NCBI GenBank assembly: GCA_905178155.1
Contig: CAJINV010000001.1
Span: 12,759,136-12,823,135, forward strand
DNA: 64,000 nucleotides
Direction of reading: 5' to 3'
Source of the DNA: Amoebophrya sp. A120
Taxonomy: Eukaryota > Protista > Dinoflagellata
The notes below the pieces were generated by a model, which made no database searches, was not told the DNA's origin, and worked only from the letters and a program-made list of their open reading frames with translations. Position numbers and translations under genes: made by a program. Each line of letters starts with the position of its first letter. Position 1 is the stretch's first letter. Below are positions 1 to 12,019 of the stretch, piece by piece.

Positions 1-565
1 AATTGTATTTCGGTTTACTCTTAACAGCTTTGAAAAGGAACAAGAAACGCCTGAGAGGTATCATTTTCTATGGATTTAGTGGCAACTGAATGCATTGGAA
101 TTTCAATGGATTTTGTTCTGCTACAAGTCGCAGTTGCAACTTTGATTTCCGAAAGCACCAGAGTTTAGTGCACCTTCTGTTCAGAGTTCTAGGTAATGGC
201 ACTTATTCAAATACCGCTTAGCTTCCTTTTGCAAAAAAAGACAGGCTGCAAAAAATCTTCACAAGATCGCGAAAGAGCGCAGACAATAGAAGATAGAACT
301 GCACCTGAAAAAGCATAATGGTCGTCATACAGATCGCTCTTACTTCGGCAAAACTTTTAGAGGCGACACGATAGTTGTAGATGGAACGCATCTTTCTATG
401 CAGGCGACCTCGCAAAAACTCCAACATCTGAGGCTGTCCTTCTCCTTTCTCGGTCCAAATTAGATCTGCTATCGTACATTATGATGATTGGCCCAAAAAA
501 AGTGAGCTTTTCTAGTTGTATCTTTTCCCTTCCACACACTGTGGTTCTTTTCGCCTGTCCTTTGC

Positions 566-1447
566 TCACGCAAATCCCGCCCGCCTTCGGAGGCCGTTGA
601 GTCGCTGCTCTTGCGCTTCTGCTTCCGCCAACGCCGTTTCGAGTTCGCGGTACTGTTGTTTCAACGTGGTTTTCCGGAGGGACGTTTGCGACAGGGAATC
701 GTCACCGACTTCCGCCGCAAGGCGCTCGCTTAGAATTCGGACTCGATTGTTCAGCGCCGCAAGGGTTGCTGTTGAAGTTGACACAAGCATTTGCATTTCT
801 TGCAATTTCAGACGGACGAGCACGACATCGACATGAAAAAGGAACTTATACATAGCATTTTTCTTTTTCATTCTCGAACTGTAAACCATATTAACCACAA
901 CTCGAACTGCATTACACCATCTAGTCTTTTTCTTGCAATTACCGATCTCCTCCTCCGCGGTCGTGGGCATCCGTAGCGCCGAGCTTTCCTCTACTTCTGG
1001 AAGGAGGACCTCCACTTCTCCCCGAGTTTGCTCTACCCGATTCACCGTCGAAGCAAACTCGCTGTAGTCTGCTTCCTCAGAACCTGCAGGAATAAATCCA
1101 GTAGTGCTGGACATTGAGGCAGACGCCCGCTCATTTTCGACATCTCGGTCGACCTCCCCTGCATTCACAACGTCCAGATCCTCCAGAATCTCATCCGCAT
1201 CGGAGTCCTCCCCCGTGCCTGCGCTCTGCTTACTGGTTGTCGCAGATTCCTTGGACAACTGCTCTTGCCGGCGGCGAACCAAGCGGCGCGACCGCACAGT
1301 GCTACCGCGGCCTCCTTGGTCGGGGTCGATCTTGACCCAATAGCCAATACAAACCAGCGCTAACCCGATCAAGAGCAGTGCCTGCACGGCATAGGCCGCA
1401 AAGAGCGTGATCTGTTTTATTGTTTTATTGCGAGAATAAGAAGTCAA
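566..1447 (-). CDS. Hypothetical protein with N-terminal TM helix and C-terminal coiled coil; probably spliced and continuing toward the window start
   Basis: 293-aa ORF with hydrophobic stretch LFAAYAVQALLLIGLALVCIGYWV, acidic linker and heptad-like end. A possible further exon lies at about 340-470. Confidence 0.55.
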   Translation of the reverse strand: MTSYSRNKTIKQITLFAAYAVQALLLIGLALVCIGYWVKIDPDQGGRGSTVRSRRLVRRRQEQLSKESATTSKQSAGTGEDSDADEILEDLDVVNAGEVDRDVENERASASMSSTTGFIPAGSEEADYSEFASTVNRVEQTRGEVEVLLPEVEESSALRMPTTAEEEIGNCKKKTRWCNAVRVVVNMVYSSRMKKKNAMYKFLFHVDVVLVRLKLQEMQMLVSTSTATLAALNNRVRILSERLAAEVGDDSLSQTSLRKTTLKQQYRELETALAEAEAQEQRLNGLRRRAGFA

Positions 1448-1566
1448 GTGGATCGAAGTGCGAACAAACTATACGTATAGTTTTTGTACCAGCCGACAAC
1501 CACAAAGTGATCAACAATGAAAGCGCAATTTTAGCGGCCGGCCCCAGTCCGACTACAACTACATAT

Positions 1567-3405
1567 TTATGCGTAAATTATCCTGACGACCCCAGACGGC
1601 CGCGAAAAAACCAACCATACCAGAGTCCAGTGTTCCTCCTGCAGCACTTCCAAAAAGGACTTTTGTTCGGGCGGTGCGCCCATGTAGAGCGGGGGTGGTA
1701 GGTCGTGGCCGTGCGCGTTCCCTTTCCCGTGCGAACTGACCCCGATTGCGATGTGCGCGGAGGGCACGCCGGGCAGCGTTTGCGTGTGGTGCCACGTGTT
1801 TTTGGGCACGAAGAGGCCGTCTCCCGGGCCGAGGATCAGAGTTTCGTTGGTGTCGAGGAACCGCCACTTTTTGTAGCCAAACACCTGCACTACGAACTCG
1901 TCCATGTCGTCCGCGTGAGGGTCCAATGTTGTCTTTCCTCCTCCACCTACGGGATCACGAGATGGACCTGCTTTATTACCTGCTGTTGTCATCATGGCAC
2001 TCAAGTCAGCCTTGGACTCGATTTCGAGGTACGGTGGCGGCGCGGGACTGTAGTACAAGTTGATGCCAACATCGCGTTTCGGGAACAGGTTCGAGAAATC
2101 CGTGTGTAATGCACGCATCCGGCCACCAAATCGTTCGAGGCGCTGAACGCGCACGGAGCGCTGGTGTTCCTGCGAGAACGTCACCAGTTCGCGTAGTGAA
2201 GAAGAAGATTTAAGTTTCGTCGGACCTCCGTCACCAATGGACCTGGGGGCGTGGGGAAGCAGCATGTTGTCGCCGGCTGCTCCGGGGGCTCCTGCCGCGA
2301 CGGTTCCTTGTCTGTAAAAGGAAGGGTCCTGGTGGTTGTTTTCCTGGAAGTGCAGTCGCTGCTCCCTGTCGAACTCCTCGAGTTCGTGCTGTAGCGCCAT
2401 GCTGTAGCGACTAGACTTCCTTGGCTTGTTGCTGTTTGTCGGCGTTGCAGCTTTAGTACTTCCTCCTGAAACACCACCAGAGTTTGTTCCTTGCGTCGAT
2501 ATGCTCCCGCGATCGATTTCCTCTACAGGTCGGGGAAATTGGTGTGGTTGTACAACTTTTCCGCTGATGCCGCTCTTTGCGCCTTGTGGTGTGTGCGGCA
2601 GGGAAGCTTGGTACAGAATTTTCGAAAAACTTTCTTCCTGCGCCTGCCAGGGAATGTGCAGTAGGTGTCGCAAATTTCGAAAGGAAAACACCGTTTCGAA
2701 ACTGTGCTGCAGCGCCGCGAACCCGGTGCGCCGCAGTTTCGTGGTCGTTAATCTGCTTTTACTGTTGTGGATCAGAGGTTTTGTTGCACTTGCGCTCTTC
2801 GCTTTTGTTTCGTTTCTGGTTCTCGCTGCAGAGCTAGAACTCGAGACATTTTTGGCAGCTTCCAAATTGCTTTGCTGGTTGTCCTCTCCTCCGGGCAATT
2901 TCTGTTGTTCAGCAATATGTGCAGCTACTGCTTTCGGTGCCGAAAACTTCTTGCCCTCAGCTTCCACTTTGGCCGCAGGTGTTTCGAACGGCGGAATGAA
3001 GTCAACGCCCATTTTCCACCAGATGTTGCCGTCCATTCGCAGAGCGGATTCCAAAACACCCGCGTCGCTGTTTTGTCGCATCGTCTCTGCAAGAGAGCGA
3101 TGCAGCGCGGCCGCGCAGTCAGCAGAGCGTGGCGCATTCTGATGCTGTACTAGCGTTGATGGTGATCCGTCAGCAACTGGATGTGGAAGAAGTTCCTGTT
3201 CCTCAACTACAGCTGTATCGGTAAGGCATTTTTGGTCGGTATTCACAAGTGCGTGGTGCCGACGCTGGAACAGCACGGACGTAGTGTTGCGCTGTTGGAA
3301 CCATTCGAGGCTTCGCGGTTTGAAAAAGTCCTCGGCCCCGTCCAGGCGAGTTCCGCTCTGGGAACGGGCATCGTCGACAGTAATGACCATTTTTGAAAGT
3401 GGCAA
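1567..3405 (-). CDS. JmjC/cupin 2-oxoglutarate Fe(II) oxygenase, RIOX/NO66-like, with long low-complexity N-terminus
   Basis: GINLYYSP...LDPHADDMDEFVVQVFGYKKWRF...LGPGDGLFVPKNTWHHTQT...SAHIAIG, containing the HxD...H triad. The true start may be upstream. Confidence 0.85.
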   Translation of the reverse strand: MPLSKMVITVDDARSQSGTRLDGAEDFFKPRSLEWFQQRNTTSVLFQRRHHALVNTDQKCLTDTAVVEEQELLPHPVADGSPSTLVQHQNAPRSADCAAALHRSLAETMRQNSDAGVLESALRMDGNIWWKMGVDFIPPFETPAAKVEAEGKKFSAPKAVAAHIAEQQKLPGGEDNQQSNLEAAKNVSSSSSAARTRNETKAKSASATKPLIHNSKSRLTTTKLRRTGFAALQHSFETVFSFRNLRHLLHIPWQAQEESFSKILYQASLPHTPQGAKSGISGKVVQPHQFPRPVEEIDRGSISTQGTNSGGVSGGSTKAATPTNSNKPRKSSRYSMALQHELEEFDREQRLHFQENNHQDPSFYRQGTVAAGAPGAAGDNMLLPHAPRSIGDGGPTKLKSSSSLRELVTFSQEHQRSVRVQRLERFGGRMRALHTDFSNLFPKRDVGINLYYSPAPPPYLEIESKADLSAMMTTAGNKAGPSRDPVGGGGKTTLDPHADDMDEFVVQVFGYKKWRFLDTNETLILGPGDGLFVPKNTWHHTQTLPGVPSAHIAIGVSSHGKGNAHGHDLPPPLYMGAPPEQKSFLEVLQEEHWTLVWLVFSRPSGVVRIIYA

Positions 3406-4208
3406 AACAGAGCGCTAGTTGCAGAGTGGAATCTTACCAAAACCTCACACAAAAATTCATGTTTGGTCAAAAGTATAGCAATCACGTGCAGAAGCTGATT
3501 ATTTTCATATTAACGTCCTTCCAAGTCCTGATATCTACAACCAGCATCGACAAAACGGAACATACGGGGAACGATTTGGAAGAGCTGTGACAGGCTGCAA
3601 ATGCCCTCGCTCTGTTCCCTCCTTTTTTTCCGAGCACAACAGCTGCGTCCTTCCCGAGACTCTCCACATCGCTCTTGAACCAAAGCAGCGGTGTCCTCGA
3701 CAATGGCGACATCCGAAGTCAAACACTTCACTCAAAGAGAAAGATAGACTTTAGCACGTCCTGCGAACCACTTCTGCGAGAGCGACCATCTGGGCTTCAT
3801 CACGCGTCCACCCACTGACATTTTTCTTGTAGAAGCTTTCGTTGTTCGACATTGACGAATTAGTTCACGATGGGGCCATCCAAGGAAATTTGCGACTTAC
3901 AGGCTGCGATTCAACATTGGATTTTGAGTTCATCGATGGGACATTGTTATCTCATTGATTTACGAATCCGGTTCATTTTGCTCAGGTCAGAGCACGAAGT
4001 GAAGGATACAAAGTGAAAATGAGACATCATCATCATAGTCATAGCAAATTGATGGTCATTAATAAGTAGTCGTGAGCTAGAGTAAGCTTTGACTACCTTT
4101 CTTTTGTCTGTAGGTACGTGTTGTTTGTGGTTTCTTGAATTCTCGGACTGGTAGGTAGGGTATTGCAAAACACTTCCGCGTCTTCATCTCCTTGGCTCGC
4201 TTCTCTTC

Positions 4209-7085
4209 CTACACCTCGCGACTGAAGAGGATGTTGAACGACTTGCCTCCCCAGTCCACGTCGCGGCGGTAGGCACCGGGGCCGGGCCCCTGGCTTTTTC
4301 CCAGATTGGAAAACCGGTCTTGGCTGCAGGAGAAGGGGCACTTCAGCTCGTTCGGCGGGCGGTTATCCAGTGTGTAGGATCCCGGACCAGGCTTCTGGTC
4401 GCCCTTCAGCTGTTTGAAGCGATCCATGCTACCCAGAAAGCCCTCGCCGCGTGGCGGTACCCGAGCGACCCGCCCTATCTGACCGGGGAGCCGCGGGCTG
4501 TAGGCACCTGGGAGAATCCATTTTCATGTGTTCGGATGCGTCAGCTTAATCTTTATGTTCCAGCGTTGAAAACAACTACTAAACTACAAGCACAAAATTC
4601 ACTGCACAACCTGCGTGGTTGTAGCAGACACTTCTGCGGTGCCTTTTCGATGTAAATCGGTACACGTACACTGCCTCGAAAAACCTTAAAGAACAAATGT
4701 ACCTGGACTCGGCCGTGGTTCGTTGGAGCCGCCGAATTTTTCGCTTTTTCGAAGTGGCTTCTGGAAGGCGGCGGACGTCCTGCCTCCTCTCTTGAAGGAG
4801 GATGGCAGGTCGTACGCACCAGGACCCGGCTTTTGGTCGCTGTGGAGAAGTTAGTAGGTAGCGATTTTTGCGAGTCAGAGCCACTTTTTTACCTGGAAGC
4901 TACACTATGAACAATCATCGATCATCTTCTGCTCCTCCTCGACGTCTTGTATCTCATCTGCAAAGAATGGAAGTGATCTCCACCGCCCTATCTGGTAGAA
5001 CTGGTGTTCCATTAGCGAAATTTCTGGTTTATTCTTGTTTGATGCAGAAGCAGAAGCTCATAACTATGTATACCGCGAGTCCCCCGCGGGCTCCTCCGGC
5101 GGGAGTTCTCCGCGCGCCATCTGCTCCGCGCTGGGTTTTGGTTTTCCCTCCCCATAGCGAAATCTCCTAGAGGTGGCGCCGAACGCGAAGCTGCCCTGGT
5201 TGCTGAGGAGACTAAAGCTGCGACTCACGGTGGACATAGCATCGGGATTTTGCCACCCAAAAAACCCGTCCGTATTGGCTGCGTTGTAGGTGCCGGGGCC
5301 CGGTTTTCGCTCGAAACGCGACGTGTGCGACTTCCACCGCTCGCCGTCGCGGGCGAAGCAGGACGCAGATCCTGTTGATAGAGCATGTTGATAAATTGAT
5401 ATATTCTATTGCGTGGTCCTATTTTCTCTGACAAGTACTATAGCCAAAGCACGGCACTGTAAGTTTTCGACCAGCTGCGGAGCAATGACAAATTGCAATT
5501 GAACATGAACCTCAGGTAATTCCAAGTAAAGTACTTGTCGCTTCCTCGGAAATTGAGCCCGGAAAGCTGGAGTACGCGCCTGGGCCCGGTTTGGTTTCTT
5601 TTGCCGCTGGCTTGAAGCGGCGGGAAGTGCTGCCAAAAAACTGGTAGTCGCCTCGTTGGAAGGAGCTGGAACTGGAGGAGGACGAAGAGGCGACCGAATA
5701 CGCCCCAGGACCGGGCTCTTCCTCGTCCCCGGAGCGGAAACCTGGATGGAAAGGATTTTTTTTCTGGTTTTTCCGAAGCTGATGAACGAACCAGGCAGGA
5801 AACAAATGCTAATGCTACTGTTAGGACATATTCCAGGGATTACTACTTCGACAACTTTATTTGCTTAAACAATACCTCTTTGCGTCCCGGACTTGAAGGC
5901 CGCGCCCGGGGTCGTGTGGCGCTGCTTCAAATTGGTTGTCGCTTGATAGTGGCCGGGCCCTGGTACGTCTTGCAAATTTGACAAAGCCTTTCGGACGCCG
6001 CCCCCGAACTTTCCTCCCCGGATGCTGTTGAAAATATTGGGCAACTAGAAGTACTCACACAGGAACTACAAAGATCCAATGAAAAGACAGACATTGATGG
6101 GATAAACATAAACTTTCAGAACCAACAGAGACCAAATACTTTTTCGGGCCGGTTTTCGTGACGCCGTCAGACAGCGTGTAGTGGTTTGAGCCTATTCGGT
6201 CAGATCCGATGCCTGAAACTACCTGCTGCGGTGGCTCCTGCTTCACCAGTACGCCTCCTGCTGTCTCTCCGTACCCGTACCTGAGCGGCATTTTGATTTT
6301 GCTTTTTCGACGACATGTAGCCAGATACGACGAGACAACACGAATTTTGTCTTTCTTTGACCCTTTCTTTGTGCGAAGATGACTCACAAGCATAGGGAAG
6401 ATGACTCACAAGCATAGGGATAGGGGGACAAGCAACATACGATAAAGTACTCTGCCAAAAAAAAAATACGCTTGTGATGGCTTCGGTATAGAGGGCTTCG
6501 AGTAGCGCGCTTTTCGTATGAAGTCGGATCGCGGATCCTCCGGAGCCCGGCCCATTGTCCGATGGCCGTACTCCACATCTGGCTCAACGGGTGCCGCCAC
6601 GTTGTATCCCGCGGGCCCGGGTCCCGGCGGTCGTGGTCTCGTCCCGAGTCGTGCGCCCTAAGAATTAGTAGTTTTGATGAAACGGTCTAGGTATACGAAA
6701 TCTTGATCTTCTTACTTCTGTATCTCTTCGTTATAGAGAAATGGCGCCGTCGTACTGACAAAAACGGAGCGAAGTCGCAGGGAATTTTTCGCTTTTATGC
6801 GTATAATGCCAACAACAACAAAAACAGCAGTACGCTGACGCCAAAGGGGACTCCGAGGCCAGGAAATTGTTTTTGTTTCGGCGGCAGTTGCGGTGTATAG
6901 GTACCGGCGTCGGGACCCGCTGATATGCTGCGGTCGGGTATGCGGGCACTGGTGCTGGTAAACGGGGCGCAAGACGGATTGTGCTCGTAGACCTTGTGGC
7001 CCATGTAGCTACCGGGCCCGACACCCTCATCGCACCCGGTGACTGCGCTGTAAGACTTACGTTCCGCAAGGCTCGTGATCGCCAT
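4209..7085 (-). CDS. Sperm-tail PG-rich repeat (SHIPPO/STPG2-like) axonemal protein, multi-exon
   Basis: Many (P/V)GPG(S/A/T/H)Y repeats across several exons: VGPGSY, PGPGPAGY, PGPGHY, PGPGAY, KPGPGTY, KPGPGSY. The C-terminus reads KSFNILF. Most junctions checked by hand are GT-AG. Confidence 0.85.
6375..6418. repeat. Exact 22-bp tandem duplication inside an intron
   Basis: gaagatgactcacaagcatagg occurs twice head to tail. Confidence 0.9.
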
Positions 7086-8593
7086 CCTGCTGATTGGCGT
7101 GCCGTTGAGACCGCGAAAGAAGCTTGGCTTATCTTCTGTCTATCTCAGATGAAACTGCTGTATTTGGTTCTTCGGCCTTCTCAAGCTCGTCACTTCTGTT
7201 GGACCCGAACTACAGCTTATCTTTTACGAATCAGCGGGGTGCGATGTGCTGCACAACAAAAGCTGACAAGTGACCGCGAAGTTGATTCTAGTATATGTCG
7301 CGTCTGGGTCTGTGTTGTTTTCCTGGACGACGTCGCCGATTCACCGATTTTGAAAGCGACAAGGAGGTGCTATCCGCTTTCGTGCACGACGTGGGACAAG
7401 CTTTTGCTTGTCTCTATCTCGCAGGTGTCTCCCCTGGTGATCCGTTTTCTGCACCGGTGCGCTTTCGCCGAGGCTCCCACTTATTGCGGCGAAGGATGCC
7501 GAGGCTCCCACCTAGTACTGCTATCGGGCACGGACGCTCATCGGAGCAATCATCTACTTCGTTCAATTTTTCGACGTATAAACGGGCACGCGTCGAAGAT
7601 GCGAGGTGTCGCTTTTTCCTCCTTGTTCCTCTGAACGTGCCTTGGAACGGGAAGCTACAACAACTTCGCGGCAAGGTTTTGGAAGTCGTCGCTATTTTTT
7701 TGCCAGTCGGACCTATACCCAATTCTCCCAGGAAAGGGACACTGCGGAGTTGCTTGTCTAAGAGAACTGAACTTGTCGTCTTACAGAAAATGACTTTTCG
7801 ATTTGGAGTTCAGCAGAAAGTCACAATAATTTATCAAGACGATCATACGCAAACGAACGACGGTAGTAGAGTACTACACGACCGGAAAAGATGATCTCCT
7901 TGCGGTCCCTCTCATCGTCGAATGAAACGATTTCTAAACCAACGATCTCGCGTGATGAGAATCGAAAACGAATATGATTTCTGATGCATTCTGCGACCTG
8001 TGCTTGTGCGGCTGTGGCTGTGCTGTTGTTCACTGCGCAGACGCAGATTGCCGGCGCCAGATACGCCTAGAGGCGACGACGGTGGCATATATATTTATTT
8101 TTATCATTGCTCTCAGGCTGATGTCAAGTGCAGAAGTGACGACGACGCTCCTCGACATTGCATCTTCTGAAGCGACCCATGAGCACGAGCACAAACTCTC
8201 ACGACTCAACCAAATGCACGAGGAAAAATGACCACCTGAATGTGGCCACATGCGCGTGAAGATATTTCTTTCGTAGGAAATCTCGCACTAGATTCAGCCG
8301 CATTTCCTTTTTGTTCTTCTGTCGCTACATCGTGGTTTCGAAGTTGTAGGTTACTTTGAATGAGAACATGTGAGCCGTGCTATCTGTCTTCACAATTTTT
8401 GTCATGTTCGTGTTCTTCGGGAAAACGAAAAGTGTTGACTCAAATACACTACAAGATTCTGATTCTCTATCAGTGTGAATGTCTCCACAAATAATAAGAA
8501 CTGGTTTGTTTTTCACATAGTGCGTTCTATTTCTATGTATTACTTCTTCATCTTCTTCTTGACCTACCAGATTAATCGCTGCACAAACCGCCT

Positions 8594-11203
8594 CTACAAG
8601 TCGGTTGAAAACTTCATGCGTGCAATGATGCTATCCTCATCGTCGGCTTCGCTTTCGTTGTTCTTCGTCAGCTGGTTGGTGCTTGTGGTAGGGGCCCCAC
8701 TTATTGCGTCCTCGAAGGCCGCACTGAGTTTGATACCCTGCGCTTGGCGAACCCTGCGCCGACTCAAATCGCACCCACTGGTCCACTCAAAGCCAAGTGC
8801 CTCTGCCACTGCCAGGACTGTGCCGGAGCCGCAAAACGGGTCCACAACCCCATCGAAAGTGAAATTGTCTTTCACCCAAGAGAGCACTTGTTTCGTACAC
8901 TCCACACCCATGCACCGCGTGCGGTGCTTCAGCTGCGCGTCGGCCTTGCCTCCCTTGTGCAAAAACGCCGGCAGTACGTCGTGCGACCACGCCATTTGCT
9001 GTTCGTACACCTCGTTTGCGTTCTGGGCTTCTTTGGTTTTCTTGTTGCCTTTTTTATTGTTTTTCGTCTCCTCTTCACCACAACGAGCAGGTTTTGTCGT
9101 TGCATCCGCACTGCAAAGCGCACCAGTTCCAGAAGTAGATGTTGTGGAAACGTTTTTTCCGCTTCGATCAAAGAACTCAGCGATCAACAGGTCACTAGAT
9201 GCGGCACGTTTTAAGTCAAAGCAACTGCCCGATCCTCTTGTCCCAGTTCCAGAAGTGAAGGTGTCGTCGGGGCTATCTTCACTTTGAACAGCCGGAACTC
9301 GCCGGAACAGCATCTTTTTCACGTAGCCAGCTGGGTTCGACTTGTTCCCTAGTTTCGGAGAAGCGGTTGAAAATGCACAACTACTCGCCCCAATCGAAGA
9401 GTTCCCGGACCTCGGCTCCAGGACAACAGAGCCTGCAGCATTGCCCTCAACATCTTCGGACGAGGGAGAAGCGTAGCTTCTTGGGACAGCAGGAGCAGCT
9501 TCATCAAGAGTGTGTGCAGCTCCGTCTGCCGAACAGGATGATGAATCGTCGTGCCGCTCCGGTGTACTGTTTGGCGACGCAGTTGCAGCCACGGGAGAGG
9601 GCTGCAGGATGCTGTCACACGTTGAGTCCAAATCCTCCGCCGAGGTGAGTACCTCCTTCGGTGCAAGAATCTTTTTCGTAGGTGTGGTGCACGCGACAGC
9701 GATGGACTCTGCAGCATCGGTGGAGGATGAGGCGCCTTCAACATGATCTGAAGCCTCTTTTTTTTCATCCGTCATGCCTTTGTCTTCTAGTACTTCTTTT
9801 TTAACGTGATTGTTCATCTCTGTCTCCTTTTTATCGTTGTGATTTCCGGAAGCTGTCGTCGATGCCACACATGACGAGCTGTTTTGTTCCTCCTCTATTT
9901 TTGTCACTGGAGTGGGGCAGGATGCAGCTGCTTCCTTGCTGCATATTTCAGCCGTCTTCATCCCCTTTACAAAAACTTCATCCTCTCGACTATCGAGGCA
10001 GAAATCGCTTGCGGAGCAGCTGCTACTCGCCGAGCTTTTCGCATCGGAGTTGCGATCCGGATGGTGAAACAGTGTGACTTCGAGCAAGCAGTCGGCCGCG
10101 GCTGGAGAGGGCCTTTTTACGCTGTCCCGACTGCTTGGCTCCGCCAGCACGCGGCAGACCGCCGTTGGAGCCACGGGTTTCCCGTCAAATTGCCCGTGCG
10201 AGGCGAGCACCGACGAGCGAATGTGGATTTCCTGCTTCCGAGAGACGGTCGTGACCACCTTCAACACGTCCTTCCGGCGGATCTTGGCCCGGACGGAGTG
10301 CTGCAGCTTGCCGAGACCACAACCCAGTTTCTCCCAGGTGCCGCACAGCTCGTTCTTGAGCGACGGGCGCGGATTGCCCTTGCGCACGCACAGCAGGTGC
10401 GTGAACCCGGGCTTCTTCCCGTTACTATTGGGGACGTCGAACGCGTCCGCCGCAATCTTGTGCCACGCGAGCTTCAGGTGCAGCAGGTTCGCCTCCAGCC
10501 GCGTGTTGCCGACGGCCCGGTTCGCCTGGATTCGCTGCTCGTCGATGGCGACAAAGTCTTCCTCCAGCTCCCGCACTGCGTCCGTGACCAAACTCGCCTT
10601 GCTGACCTGCGTCTGAAAATCCGGCTTCACGTCCGTTTGGTAGAACACTGCCAGGGAGTCGGTGGGCAGAGCGCACAGGACCGCCTTCACCGCGTTTTTG
10701 AAGAAGAGCTTGTACACGAAAATCTTCAGCTCCTCGTCCTCCAACTGCAGGTCTTGGTCTTCCCCCACCATCTCGCAGATGTCCGGCAGGCTGGTAAAAA
10801 CGCACCAGCTGCCGCTCGGAAACGTTTGGGATACCCAGCTGTCCCGCGGCGTTAGTCCGGTCTGGCGCGAGGACCAGTCTGCGCTGGCAATGTGGTTGAG
10901 TTCCCGCCGGAACCCTTCCTTTACCATACTAGCCAGCCGCAGCTGCACTCGAACGCGTCTGACGGGGACACTACGGCTGGACGAAGCAGCTGCAGCGCAT
11001 GGCTGGTCGTTCTTCGTCTTGTTCCCACTGCTGCTGGTGGTGGTTGTCGTGGGCACATGCCATAAACTTTTTGCCTTTTCGGCAATCTTGGCCCACCGCC
11101 CGGCGAAAGACCCGATACCAAGCAATTCCAATGCGTCACCATGCTGCACAGTCCGGTACGGCCGCAGAGGGTCCTCCCCGGTGACGGAGGGCGATGAGGA
11201 CAT
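8594..11203 (-). CDS. SAM-dependent methyltransferase resembling the beta-class N4/N6 DNA methylase fold, split by a long low-complexity insert
   Basis: N-terminal VQHGDALELL, VFTSLPD (motif-IV position), FYQTDVK, LAWHKI, PGFTHLLC. C-terminal MGVE...VVDPFCGSGTVLAVAEALG...GCDLS (motif I). Confidence 0.75.
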   Translation of the reverse strand: MSSSPSVTGEDPLRPYRTVQHGDALELLGIGSFAGRWAKIAEKAKSLWHVPTTTTTSSSGNKTKNDQPCAAAASSSRSVPVRRVRVQLRLASMVKEGFRRELNHIASADWSSRQTGLTPRDSWVSQTFPSGSWCVFTSLPDICEMVGEDQDLQLEDEELKIFVYKLFFKNAVKAVLCALPTDSLAVFYQTDVKPDFQTQVSKASLVTDAVRELEEDFVAIDEQRIQANRAVGNTRLEANLLHLKLAWHKIAADAFDVPNSNGKKPGFTHLLCVRKGNPRPSLKNELCGTWEKLGCGLGKLQHSVRAKIRRKDVLKVVTTVSRKQEIHIRSSVLASHGQFDGKPVAPTAVCRVLAEPSSRDSVKRPSPAAADCLLEVTLFHHPDRNSDAKSSASSSCSASDFCLDSREDEVFVKGMKTAEICSKEAAASCPTPVTKIEEEQNSSSCVASTTASGNHNDKKETEMNNHVKKEVLEDKGMTDEKKEASDHVEGASSSTDAAESIAVACTTPTKKILAPKEVLTSAEDLDSTCDSILQPSPVAATASPNSTPERHDDSSSCSADGAAHTLDEAAPAVPRSYASPSSEDVEGNAAGSVVLEPRSGNSSIGASSCAFSTASPKLGNKSNPAGYVKKMLFRRVPAVQSEDSPDDTFTSGTGTRGSGSCFDLKRAASSDLLIAEFFDRSGKNVSTTSTSGTGALCSADATTKPARCGEEETKNNKKGNKKTKEAQNANEVYEQQMAWSHDVLPAFLHKGGKADAQLKHRTRCMGVECTKQVLSWVKDNFTFDGVVDPFCGSGTVLAVAEALGFEWTSGCDLSRRRVRQAQGIKLSAAFEDAISGAPTTSTNQLTKNNESEADDEDSIIARMKFSTDL

Positions 11204-12019
11204 TTGTCGTTCGAAAAAAATAGCGAAGTTGTAGCTGTAACTGTAAGGATTTTAGGTTCTAGCTGGCAGTACGTGTCGCAGTTCTTCCTCTCCTTGTGAC
11301 CTCAAGAGGCAGAAGAAGCGGAGGGCAGAAAAAAAGTTCAAACTCTTATGACTGATTTCAGACTCGGTCTTTCAATGTCGGTACTTGTACTCGAGTAGAA
11401 ACACAGCTCACAAAAAAAAAAACTTCGTCGATTTGGTGGAGCGCATCATACTCACTGTAAATTTCTAAGTCTTGATGACAGGTTGACTGTGGTCATTGTA
11501 TTCGTACGAAAAGAACATCGTCACTTCTTTACAAATGAAATCAGTCACTTCCTTCTCGCTGTGTGTCAATCATCTTGAGAAACATGCACTAAGAAAAGGC
11601 TGCTTAGAATGTCAACATGACGTGGCGCCGGAAGTTGAACATAATCATAAGGAAGCGGATGATCATGATCTTCATCTTTTTGAACTCGCTGCATCTATCT
11701 TGGATCGTTCGATCTTTCGACTAGTACCTTCATCTTTTTTCACTCATTGCCATGCGTACCTGCTGTTGATGTTGGCTTCTCCGTTTCAAAAAATGACGCG
11801 CGACTTCGAGCGCAAGTGTTGTTTCCAGAATCTGATTCTATATATGTGAAGTGATTCTTCTATCACTATCACTATCAAAAAAAGAAGAGACGAAACGAAG
11901 GGGGGGATCTTTCGGTTGAGCGGTTGAGAAGCTTCCTTCTTCTATTCCCATCACACATTTTATCTCAACATGTCTATCTGGCAGCGCGCTCTTCTCAACA
12001 TGACGTTCTGCATTTTCGT

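Noticed and set aside
4844-5073. Apparent agaag direct-repeat non-canonical intron in the PGPG-repeat gene
   Set aside because: An in-frame GT-AG solution with a CTAAC branch site exists, and there is no TIR.
7100-8520. Possible small gene between the PGPG-repeat and methyltransferase genes
   Set aside because: Only short ORFs with no recognisable product.
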